From Calditrichia bacterium (lineage in GTDB: Bacteria; Calditrichota; Calditrichia; RBG-13-44-9), in the NCBI GenBank assembly GCA_037381445.1, contig JARRQT010000058.1:1-31095 (forward strand): a DNA stretch of 31,095 bases. Direction: 5' to 3'. The notes beneath the pieces are model-generated. The model did not search any database and was not told the DNA's origin. It was given only the letters and a program-made list of their open reading frames with translations. Positions within the stretch are counted from its first letter, which is position 1, and every line of letters starts with the position of its first letter. Position numbers and translations under genes: made by a program. This document shows positions 1 through 8,371 of this stretch, piece after piece.

Positions 1-1230
1 AAGGCGGAACATGCGGTTATCGTCATGCAAGATGGTGATGATCTCAGTATCCGCATCGCGCACAATATTGATGACCAGTCTCAGCAGAATGCACTGAATT
101 TCAGCCGCTCGGTGGTCACGCGGGTAATGAATGATTACCGGCCGCTCTACAGCACAAATGCTTTGGATGATCAGCGGTTTTCACAGTTTCAGACGATACA
201 GAAACTGGAAATCCTTTCCTTTATCTCTGTACCTATTCTGATAAACGGGGAAGCCATCGGTACCATTTATGTAGATAACCGCCGCCTGGCGGATGTTTTC
301 AGCGAGGGGGACGTGGAATTCCTGCAGGCTTTCGCCAATCTGCTGGGAATCGCCATCCGGAATTCAATGGCCTACCATCAGGTGGAAGAGCTGAATCGTT
401 CCCTGGAAAAAAAGGTGAAGGAGCGTACCGCCAGGCTGCATAAAACCATTGAAGAATTAAAAAACGCCCAGGCCCAGCTTGTTCAGTCGGAAAAAATGGC
501 GGGTCTTGGACGACTGATTGCGGGATTCATGCATGAGTTCAATAATCCCATCAATTTCATATACAGTAATTTGCCCTATCTGGAGCAGTATTCCCGGAAT
601 CTGCTGGCCATGATCGACGAACTTCTCCCGCAGATTTCGGAGGAAGAGCGCGCCGAACTGCAAAAGGAATGGGATCTGGATTATATCAGGAACGATCTGT
701 CTAAATTGATTGAAGGGATTCAGGAAGGTGCCCAACGCTCCCGGCAGATCATTGAGGATTTGCGGAACTTCTCCGGGGCAAATGGCCGATCGGCTGGCAG
801 AATCAATTGGAATGAAAATCTGCAGATGATCCGAAAAATATTTTTGGAACGGATAAAGAAACCGGTCGAGGTCGAAGTGACCGGCGGGGAGAACCTTTTC
901 ATTGAGGGGACCCGCGCGGAACTGAATCAGGCGCTGATGAACCTCCTGCAAAATGCTGCGGATGCCGGTGCGAACCGGATCAGAATTTCATCTCAAAAAA
1001 AGGGGAAACGGCTGCGATGTTCTATTGAGGATAATGGCGCTGGCATCCCAAAAAAGGAACTAAACAAGATTTTCGATCCCTTTTACACCACCAAAGAAGT
1101 CGGGCGCGGAATGGGTCTGGGGCTGTCCATCGTATACAGCACCATTGAATTTCATCGCGGCAAAATACAGGTCGCTTCGGAAATGGGAAAGGGGACCACT
1201 TTCACCATTGATTTGCCGTTAATTTCATAG
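1..1230 (+). CDS. GAF-domain sensor histidine kinase (NtrB-like), 5'-truncated by the window edge
   Basis: The frame is open from base 1. GAF segment (SFISVPI..GEAIGTIYVDNR..FSEGDVEFL), coiled coil LEKKVKERT, H-box HEFNNP, N-box NLLQNA, G1 DNGAG, F-box IFDPFYTTK, G2 GMGLGL. Confidence 0.93.
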   Translation, partial: KAEHAVIVMQDGDDLSIRIAHNIDDQSQQNALNFSRSVVTRVMNDYRPLYSTNALDDQRFSQFQTIQKLEILSFISVPILINGEAIGTIYVDNRRLADVFSEGDVEFLQAFANLLGIAIRNSMAYHQVEELNRSLEKKVKERTARLHKTIEELKNAQAQLVQSEKMAGLGRLIAGFMHEFNNPINFIYSNLPYLEQYSRNLLAMIDELLPQISEEERAELQKEWDLDYIRNDLSKLIEGIQEGAQRSRQIIEDLRNFSGANGRSAGRINWNENLQMIRKIFLERIKKPVEVEVTGGENLFIEGTRAELNQALMNLLQNAADAGANRIRISSQKKGKRLRCSIEDNGAGIPKKELNKIFDPFYTTKEVGRGMGLGLSIVYSTIEFHRGKIQVASEMGKGTTFTIDLPLIS

Positions 1231-1353
1231 AATGCCGGACATATTCCCCGATAATTGAGGATTCGGAATTTTTTATCCGGATGAATGGCGACACGTATAA
1301 AGCGATTCCAGGGGCAGGTTCGCGTGAACCATTTTGCCTGCTGACAGGTATCC

Positions 1354-2520
1354 ATGAAAAACTTTGACCAAATGAAGATATTTTATGCAGTGCTGAACAT
1401 GGGGCTGGGACATGCCACCCGTAGTCTGCCGCTCATCCGCGAATTCATTCGGCGAAACGCACAGGTTCACATTGGAAGTTCCGGGCGGGCACTGCTATTT
1501 CTGCGGCAGGAAGTACCGCATGCAGATTTTATCGAATTGCCGGATTATGGGCTTGATTACACTGCCAGGGGCGTGGAGATCGGCAGAATCCTGAGACAGG
1601 TTCCCGGAGTCATCCGGACTATCTCGAAGGAACGGCAAATTACAGCAGGGATTGTGGAACAGCATGGTATTGACCTGGTGATCAGCGACCACCGGTACGG
1701 GTGTTATGCGCAGAAGGTCCCTTCCTTTTTTATCTCCCATCAGCTTCGCTTCATCGCTCCGCCGCTGCTGCGCCGTTTCGAATTTGTGGGCGCGCAATTC
1801 AACCGCTGGTTTCACCGGAAATATGATGGAATCATAGTCCCGGATGAAAGAGCCCGACATGGAGGAGTTCTCTCCGGTCGGTTGTCCCAACATTCCAATC
1901 GGGAGAATTATTTTTTTCCGGGAATCCTTTCCAGCATTATGCACTGGGATATTCCGCAAGAGGATATCGATGTGCTGATATCCGTTTCCGGGCCGGAGCC
2001 ACAAAGGACGGCTTTTGAAAAAATAGTGCGTACTCAAGTCGCTGAAATTCCCGGGAAAAAAGTTGTGGTATTGGGGATGCCGGAATCCCATGAGATCGAA
2101 AAACCGGAACCGGATACTCTTATCCTTCACCATGCCGATCGTAAAAAGATGGAAGAATTTTATAACCGCAGTCAATTGATTGTGGCCCGGTCGGGTTACA
2201 GCACTATTATGGAACTGGCCGAGCTGGGAAAGAAAGCCCTTTTTGTTCCCACGCCCGGACAAACCGAACAGATCTATCTGGCTGAAAGATTCCGGGAAAA
2301 GGGCTGGTTTTATTCTGCGGAGCAGGGTGAACTGGAGCTGAAAAGGGATATTCCGCTTGCACTAGAATATGCCGGATTTCAAAAACATTATTCCACAAAA
2401 CAATCACTGGATAATATTTTTAAGTTCATATCAGGGAGCAAGTCTGAAATATCATCCGACACAACAGCAATCCTATCTGATGAAATTAAAAAGAACCGCA
2501 GTAGTCTCCCCCGGGAATGA
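1354..2520 (+). CDS. GT-B glycosyltransferase, family 28 C-terminal-like (MurG/MJ1255-related)
   Basis: N-terminal MGLGHATRS motif, DLVISD motif, and C-terminal ARSGYSTIMEL..VPTPGQTEQ nucleotide-sugar binding motif. Confidence 0.88.
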   Translation: MKNFDQMKIFYAVLNMGLGHATRSLPLIREFIRRNAQVHIGSSGRALLFLRQEVPHADFIELPDYGLDYTARGVEIGRILRQVPGVIRTISKERQITAGIVEQHGIDLVISDHRYGCYAQKVPSFFISHQLRFIAPPLLRRFEFVGAQFNRWFHRKYDGIIVPDERARHGGVLSGRLSQHSNRENYFFPGILSSIMHWDIPQEDIDVLISVSGPEPQRTAFEKIVRTQVAEIPGKKVVVLGMPESHEIEKPEPDTLILHHADRKKMEEFYNRSQLIVARSGYSTIMELAELGKKALFVPTPGQTEQIYLAERFREKGWFYSAEQGELELKRDIPLALEYAGFQKHYSTKQSLDNIFKFISGSKSEISSDTTAILSDEIKKNRSSLPRE

Positions 2521-2809
2521 GATCTAAAAGGTAGGGGGAATGAATGATACATCCACAAACTTCCTCCCGGCTATAGATATAATCTGATTTTAATTTTCCT
2601 TTCCCAAGTCTTATAATTGAGAAATAGAGGTTAGTTTAAGCGATACCGTTTGGATGCAGGTGAGGTTTTGCACATTATTATATTAATGAAAAGTGCGGTT
2701 TAAACCGTTTGAATAGAAAGTGGTTCTGTAAAAGGATTATCCATATATTAGGAGCGTTATGAAATGCATATTGGGATTGTGATATGGCAGGATAGAACGG
2801 AGGTTATCG

Positions 2810-3808
2810 ATGGAAGCACTGGTTATCGGCGGAACTCGATTTTTGGGATATCACCTCACTCAGGCGTTATTAGGCGCAGGCTTTAGGGTAACGCTCTTCA
2901 ACCGCGGGAAAACCCCTGACGATTTTGGTGAAAAGGTGAATCGCGTGGTTGGGGACCGGAAGGATTACAAAAATTTTTATAATACATTCCGGAGAAAGCG
3001 CTACGACGCGGTCATCGATCTGATTGGCTATGAGCCGGAGGATGTTGAAGTGGCCGAAAAAACGTTCCGGGATCATGTGGGCCAGTATATTTTTATCAGC
3101 ACTGGCCAGGTATACCTGATTACCGAAAACAAACATTTGCCTTCCCGGGAGGAAGACTATTTCCAGAAATTAATTCCCTGTCCGCCCGGGGAAGAACAGC
3201 CGTATGAATATGGGTTGAACAAAAGACGAATCGAAGATTTTCTGATGGATGCGTATCAGTCCGGAAGATTTCCTTCCGTTCGGTTTCGTTGTCCGATTGT
3301 TCACGGCCCCCGGGACTATACGCTGCGGTTGTATTCGTATCTGCTCCGCGTCAGGGATGGCCAAGCCCTTATTATCCCGGAGGGAGGAGACGCGATTATC
3401 CGTCACGTTTATGTCAAAGATGTGGTCCGGGCGATTCTTTCTGTTATCCAGATCGACAAAACAATCGGAAAAGTTTATAACCTGGCCCAGGATAAAGTCC
3501 TTGTGCTTTCTGAGTTTTTGAAACTCATAATTGAACTGATGGACGGCAGGAATCCGGTTCTTGAGATTCCAAACAGAATGCTCGAGGATTATAATCTGCC
3601 GCGGGAGATTTCTCCCTTCAGCGGTCGCTGGGTCTCCTATCTGGATCCATCGTTTGCAGAGGAAGAGATCGGATTCAGGTCAACTCCGGTCGAGGAATGG
3701 CTGTCTGAAGTCATCCCCTATTTTATGGAGGAGTATTCCGGCGCCGAGCCTGATAATTACCGTTTCAGGCCGACCGAAAACGAATTAACTGCCAGGACAA
3801 TGCACTGA
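2810..3808 (+). CDS. NAD-dependent epimerase/dehydratase family (atypical SDR)
   Basis: GGTRFLG Rossmann motif, FNRG, YIFIST, YxxxK (YGLNK), HVYVKDV. SD GGAGG upstream. Confidence 0.9.
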   Translation: MEALVIGGTRFLGYHLTQALLGAGFRVTLFNRGKTPDDFGEKVNRVVGDRKDYKNFYNTFRRKRYDAVIDLIGYEPEDVEVAEKTFRDHVGQYIFISTGQVYLITENKHLPSREEDYFQKLIPCPPGEEQPYEYGLNKRRIEDFLMDAYQSGRFPSVRFRCPIVHGPRDYTLRLYSYLLRVRDGQALIIPEGGDAIIRHVYVKDVVRAILSVIQIDKTIGKVYNLAQDKVLVLSEFLKLIIELMDGRNPVLEIPNRMLEDYNLPREISPFSGRWVSYLDPSFAEEEIGFRSTPVEEWLSEVIPYFMEEYSGAEPDNYRFRPTENELTARTMH

Positions 3809-3815
3809 GTCTGAG

Positions 3816-5084
3816 ATGGAGAAATATTACCGCTGGTTTTACAATAATTGGCTGAATGTGCTCCTTGGTCTGTATATCGGCTTTATCTTCTTTACGACGC
3901 TTATCCCGTTCAGATTTATTTTTCACCTGCATCTGATGGGAAGCCGGTTTCACGGCATTCAATGGATCCCCTTTCTGCATGACGGCACATGGTCAGGCCG
4001 CTCGGATATCGTTGCGAATATTATCTTTTTCATACCCCTGGGGATCGGCCTGGGTTTGCGGAAAATTCTTTTAAAATATGAGAATTACAGCCACAGAGAC
4101 TGGGTCCATATTCTTCTGACCGGTTTTGGAATCAGCTTTATGGTTGAATTCCTGCAGTTGTTTACCTATAACCGGGATACTTCCACAACTGATGTCATCA
4201 CAAATTCACTTGGCACTCTGCTGGGTGCGGCACTGATTCTTTTTATTTATCTGAGATTTCATAAAAGCATTAAAGCCATTTTATTCGGCGGTTTTGCTGA
4301 GAAGCCGGAAATGATATTTGCCGGAATTTTCTTAATCTTTATTTTCGTGGGGCAGTCTGCTCCATTCACTTTCAGCCTGACTTTTGCGACTATCGGCAGG
4401 GCGATTCAGGAACTCATATACCATCCTTTCCATATGGTGCATTTCCTTGGTGATTTGCTGTCCGGCATTCTGGTCTATGGGAGTTTTTCCTATTTCCTTT
4501 TTACGGGCATGGACAGATATCATTCCGGATATTTTAAGTCTGCAAAGTTCTGGACAGCGGTCGCTTTCATCTTTATGATTCCTTTTCTGCTGGAGATATA
4601 TCAGCTGCTTTTGCCGGTGCGAAATCACTCCATCGCGGATGTATTGATTGCTGATGCGGGCATTTTATATGGCATTCTCTTTTTTGCGATTCAGAGAAAA
4701 GGCGGAAGGTTGAAAGAACAGAACAATATGACTAATGAAATCTGGATGAGGAAACAAGCCGTATTTTTCCGGTTCATGATATTCGTCTACCTTTTGTATC
4801 TGGGAGACAAATTTTTCTACCCGGTTCATCCCATTCCGGATCTGACTGTATTGAGAGAAACATTTAGACAGGATATCCGTTCCACATTGGCTTTGCTTAA
4901 ATATCAGCGTCTGGAATTTGTGATTTCCATAATTAAAGAAGTTTTCTCTTTTCTCCCCGCCGGCTTTATTCTATCTTTGATATGGTATAAAAATAGCAAA
5001 TGGTCACAGAATCCGGATTGGCTCTTTTTCCTGCTATTGTTATTTTTGCCTGTGATGCTATTGACAGCAGCGATTAATCTATGA
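3816..5084 (+). CDS. VanZ family multi-pass membrane protein with repeated VanZ modules
   Basis: DIVANIIFFIPLG / VEFLQLFTYNRDTSTTDVITNSLG, a second copy LEIYQLLLPVRNHSIADVLIADAG, and many hydrophobic helices. Confidence 0.8.
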   Translation: MEKYYRWFYNNWLNVLLGLYIGFIFFTTLIPFRFIFHLHLMGSRFHGIQWIPFLHDGTWSGRSDIVANIIFFIPLGIGLGLRKILLKYENYSHRDWVHILLTGFGISFMVEFLQLFTYNRDTSTTDVITNSLGTLLGAALILFIYLRFHKSIKAILFGGFAEKPEMIFAGIFLIFIFVGQSAPFTFSLTFATIGRAIQELIYHPFHMVHFLGDLLSGILVYGSFSYFLFTGMDRYHSGYFKSAKFWTAVAFIFMIPFLLEIYQLLLPVRNHSIADVLIADAGILYGILFFAIQRKGGRLKEQNNMTNEIWMRKQAVFFRFMIFVYLLYLGDKFFYPVHPIPDLTVLRETFRQDIRSTLALLKYQRLEFVISIIKEVFSFLPAGFILSLIWYKNSKWSQNPDWLFFLLLLFLPVMLLTAAINL

Positions 5085-5108
5085 ATTTATGATAAGCCGA
5101 AAGACCGT

Positions 5109-6185
5109 ATGAAAAACAACACCTTCCGTTTCATAATCTTGATGATTGCTATTCTCAGCCTGGTGTCCTGCGCGTCCCGCAAAGTCTCACAATCCCAGCC
5201 GCAGAGCAGTGCGCCCGCTTTCCACTATTATTACGATGCGCTGTCGAATATTGAGCAGGGACAACTGAACCTGGCGCTGGCGAATCTGGATACCGCCATT
5301 CAACTGCGCCCGGAATTTGCACAGTTTTACTTTGTGAAGGGTCAGGTGAGCGAATTGCTGAAAGATGATGGTCAGGCGATACGCGCCTACGAAAAAGCAC
5401 TGGCATATAAGTCGTTCTTCCCGGAAGTGTGGAACCATCTTTCGAATCTGTACATGCAGACCGGGCGGTATCAGGAGGCGGTGGAACTGCTGAAAGAGTT
5501 GACGGCCCACCAGCCGGACTCGGTCGATTTTGACCTGCGCCTCGCTGATGCCTATCTGAGTACGGGGCAGTGCGGACTGGCCCTGGACCGCATCAAATAT
5601 TATCAAGCGCGGGGAGGTGCCTCTCCTGATGTGGACCGGATAAAGGGATTGGCATATTACGGAGAAAGAAAATACCAAAATACGGTTGATTTTCTGCAAC
5701 CGTATGCGGAAGCGCATCCTGGCAATTTTCAGGTTCAAAAAGCGCTGGGCATTGCCTGCATCAAAACCGGTGCGCTGGAGAAGGGAATCTCTCATCTGAA
5801 TATGGCGCTGAGGATGAATCCCGATGATCCTGAAATTTATTTATATCGTGCCAGGTATTTTATTCAGAGAAATAAATTCCCGATTGCCATGGATCAGTTG
5901 AATTTTGCCCTCACCCTGGACAGCACAAGTTGCGAGATCCTGCTGGAAAAGGGGAAATTTGAATTGTCCCGGAGGGATACGCTCCTTGCAGAATCTTTTT
6001 TTAAAAAGGCACTTATTGCTGATTCATCGTGCTGTGACTGCTACAAATATCTGGGAATCATTCAGGATGATCTGGGAAATTCCATTGAGGCGAAGTTGTA
6101 CTTGGAACATTATATGAATAACATTTACACCAAGGACCCGGAGGTGGAAAAGAGGCTGGAGCGTCTGAGAAGATCAGAGCGCTGA
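5109..6185 (+). CDS. Tetratricopeptide-repeat lipoprotein
   Basis: Signal peptide ending in lipobox LVSC, followed by multiple TPR-like repeats (A..NLDTAIQLRPEFA..YF..G; AYEKAL; ALRMNPDDPEIY). Confidence 0.85.
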   Translation: MKNNTFRFIILMIAILSLVSCASRKVSQSQPQSSAPAFHYYYDALSNIEQGQLNLALANLDTAIQLRPEFAQFYFVKGQVSELLKDDGQAIRAYEKALAYKSFFPEVWNHLSNLYMQTGRYQEAVELLKELTAHQPDSVDFDLRLADAYLSTGQCGLALDRIKYYQARGGASPDVDRIKGLAYYGERKYQNTVDFLQPYAEAHPGNFQVQKALGIACIKTGALEKGISHLNMALRMNPDDPEIYLYRARYFIQRNKFPIAMDQLNFALTLDSTSCEILLEKGKFELSRRDTLLAESFFKKALIADSSCCDCYKYLGIIQDDLGNSIEAKLYLEHYMNNIYTKDPEVEKRLERLRRSER

Positions 6186-6308
6186 TTATTCAAGTGAGAA
6201 CGAACGGAATTTTCATGTGAGCTAAGGGCCTTTTCATATTAAATTTGCAGAAAGCGGCAGCAACAGGGAAAATCAAAAAGAAGCAATCTTTATATTTCGG
6301 AGCGGTAT

Positions 6309-7004
6309 ATGAGAAAACACCTTATTTTACTTATTACGGGAATGATCTTGGCTGTCATCGTAAATCCTTCTTTTGGGCAGAAAAAGGATTTTGGAAAAAT
6401 TACGGTTGAGGTTGAAGGATCTGCCCCGTCGGATTATGAGATTGACCAGGCATTGCTTTACAGGCATGTCAGCCTGGGCTATGATTCCACGATTCAGATA
6501 CAAAATAAGGAAACCATTGATAATTTATATTACCCGCAACTCAGGAAAGGGAACGACAATGTGCTTCGCCTGCTGGCGGGCAATCTGAGAGATTCCACTC
6601 AAAATTTCTATGACATGTTCTTTAATCTGGGGGATACCATTCCGGACAGTGTCTATTGGAGGGATGCCGAAGATAAAATATACATTTCCTATAATGGTGA
6701 GGCGAAAACGATTCAGGCAAAGAGCAGTGATATTACAGGAAGCATCCGGTTTTTGAAACAGAATGTGAATAAGGCGGTCGCTGGTGATATTGATCTGAGT
6801 TTCAACATGAAGTTGTCTGCTGCCGATCCGGCGCCCAGCCAGATCAGGTTGAAGGGAACTTTTGATGTTCCGGTGGGAGAATTCCGCCAAACCAGCCTGG
6901 CCACGGCGCAGGAAAAACAGGAAAAAGGCGGAAAATACCGGAAAAATATTTATATCGCGATTATCGCTTCTGTCTTTTTGCTGGCGATACTTGGTTTTCG
7001 CTAA
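6309..7004 (+). CDS. Hypothetical secreted protein with a C-terminal transmembrane anchor
   Basis: N-terminal signal peptide (MRKHLILLITGMILAVIVNPSFG), beta-rich body, C-terminal hydrophobic helix IYIAIIASVFLLAILG. SD GGAG. Confidence 0.75.
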   Translation: MRKHLILLITGMILAVIVNPSFGQKKDFGKITVEVEGSAPSDYEIDQALLYRHVSLGYDSTIQIQNKETIDNLYYPQLRKGNDNVLRLLAGNLRDSTQNFYDMFFNLGDTIPDSVYWRDAEDKIYISYNGEAKTIQAKSSDITGSIRFLKQNVNKAVAGDIDLSFNMKLSAADPAPSQIRLKGTFDVPVGEFRQTSLATAQEKQEKGGKYRKNIYIAIIASVFLLAILGFR

Positions 7005-8218
7005 TGGAAGCAGCATGGTCAAAAATTATTGTCCATGTGGACATGGACGCTTTTTTTGCCTCCGTGGAAGAGTTGTTGAATCCCGAGTGGAAAGGAAAAC
7101 CTGTTATTGTCGGCGCAGATCCCCAGGGCGGCAGGGGCCGGGGAGTGGTTGCAGCGGCCTCCTATGCCTCCCGCAAGTTTGGCGTGCACTCCGCGATGCC
7201 CATTTCCAAAGCATACAAACTGTGCTCCAACGGGATTTTTGTCAGACCGCACGGCCATGTCTATGGCGATTATTCCCGAAAAATTTTTGCCATACTTGAT
7301 ACCTTCTCTCCGGTCATTCAGCCCTTGAGTATCGACGAGGCCTTTCTGGACATGGGTGGCAGTCTGCATCTATACCAAAATGTGGAATCCATTGGAATCA
7401 AAATCAAGTCTGAGATAAAATCAAAAACCGGTCTGACAGCCTCCGTTGGAATCGCGCCGAGCAAAAGTGTGGCAAAAATCGCCTCGGATTTCAACAAACC
7501 GGATGGGCTGACCATTGTTCCAGCCGAAAAAGTTCAGGAATTTCTGGATCCCTTGCCGGTTACCAGACTGTGGGGGATTGGCGAAAAGACTTTTGAAGCC
7601 CTGAGAAAACTGGGAATCCATTTTGTCTACCAGCTTCGCACCTATCCCCCGGATATCCTGGAGCAAAAATTCGGTAAGATGGGCGAACATATATACCGGA
7701 TGGCCCGCGGTGAAGATCATCGGGAAGTCATCTCCCGGGAAGAGGCAAAATCGGTCAGTAATGAATTGACCTTCGATACCGATCAGGAAGATATAACGGT
7801 CGTACGGGATGCGGTTTTCGCCCTGTCCGAAAAAGTCAGCGGAAGATTGCGGAGGGGAGGAATCTGCGGGAAGACAGTCCATCTCAAATTTCGGATCGAA
7901 GGATTTAAGACCTATACGAGAAGCCGCACCCTGGCAAATCCGACCAACCTCACCCATGAGATATTCAATACCGCCAATGCCATGCTGTCGGAATTCGATC
8001 CGCTGGAATATGCCGTTCGTCTGGTGGGAGTTGGCGTTTCAAATCTGTCTGAGGAACAGGGAAAGCAGTTAAGTATCTGGGATGCCGATAATTCCAAAAA
8101 AATGAAAATGGAAAAGGTAATGGATCTGATTCAGGATAAATTCGGAAAAGACTCCATCCGGCACGCCCAATCGCTTGCGCCTCGGAAGAAAAATCCAACC
8201 CCCAAAGACAAACCGTAA
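7004..8218 (+). CDS. dinB: DNA polymerase IV (Y-family)
   Basis: HVDMDAFFASVE, AASY..RKFGVHSAMP, SIDEAFLD, AKIASDFNKPDG, HhH LWGIG, little finger VRLVGV. Confidence 0.97.
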   Translation: MEAAWSKIIVHVDMDAFFASVEELLNPEWKGKPVIVGADPQGGRGRGVVAAASYASRKFGVHSAMPISKAYKLCSNGIFVRPHGHVYGDYSRKIFAILDTFSPVIQPLSIDEAFLDMGGSLHLYQNVESIGIKIKSEIKSKTGLTASVGIAPSKSVAKIASDFNKPDGLTIVPAEKVQEFLDPLPVTRLWGIGEKTFEALRKLGIHFVYQLRTYPPDILEQKFGKMGEHIYRMARGEDHREVISREEAKSVSNELTFDTDQEDITVVRDAVFALSEKVSGRLRRGGICGKTVHLKFRIEGFKTYTRSRTLANPTNLTHEIFNTANAMLSEFDPLEYAVRLVGVGVSNLSEEQGKQLSIWDADNSKKMKMEKVMDLIQDKFGKDSIRHAQSLAPRKKNPTPKDKP

Positions 8219-8371
8219 GTTCCCGCCTGTTTTATAATACATTCTTATTTTTCCTTCTTTCGAATGTGCCCTGCCTTTTTCTTATCGCAGGAATTCATGC
8301 CCAAATTTTTATGATTTTGAAAAAAATCATGCATGCCATAATTTAGGTGGAATTTAAAAGGGGGAATCTAT

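Noticed and set aside
5061..5093. TTGACA at the end of the large VanZ gene as a promoter for the TPR gene
   Set aside because: The nearest good -10 (TATGAT) is 21 nt away, outside normal spacing.
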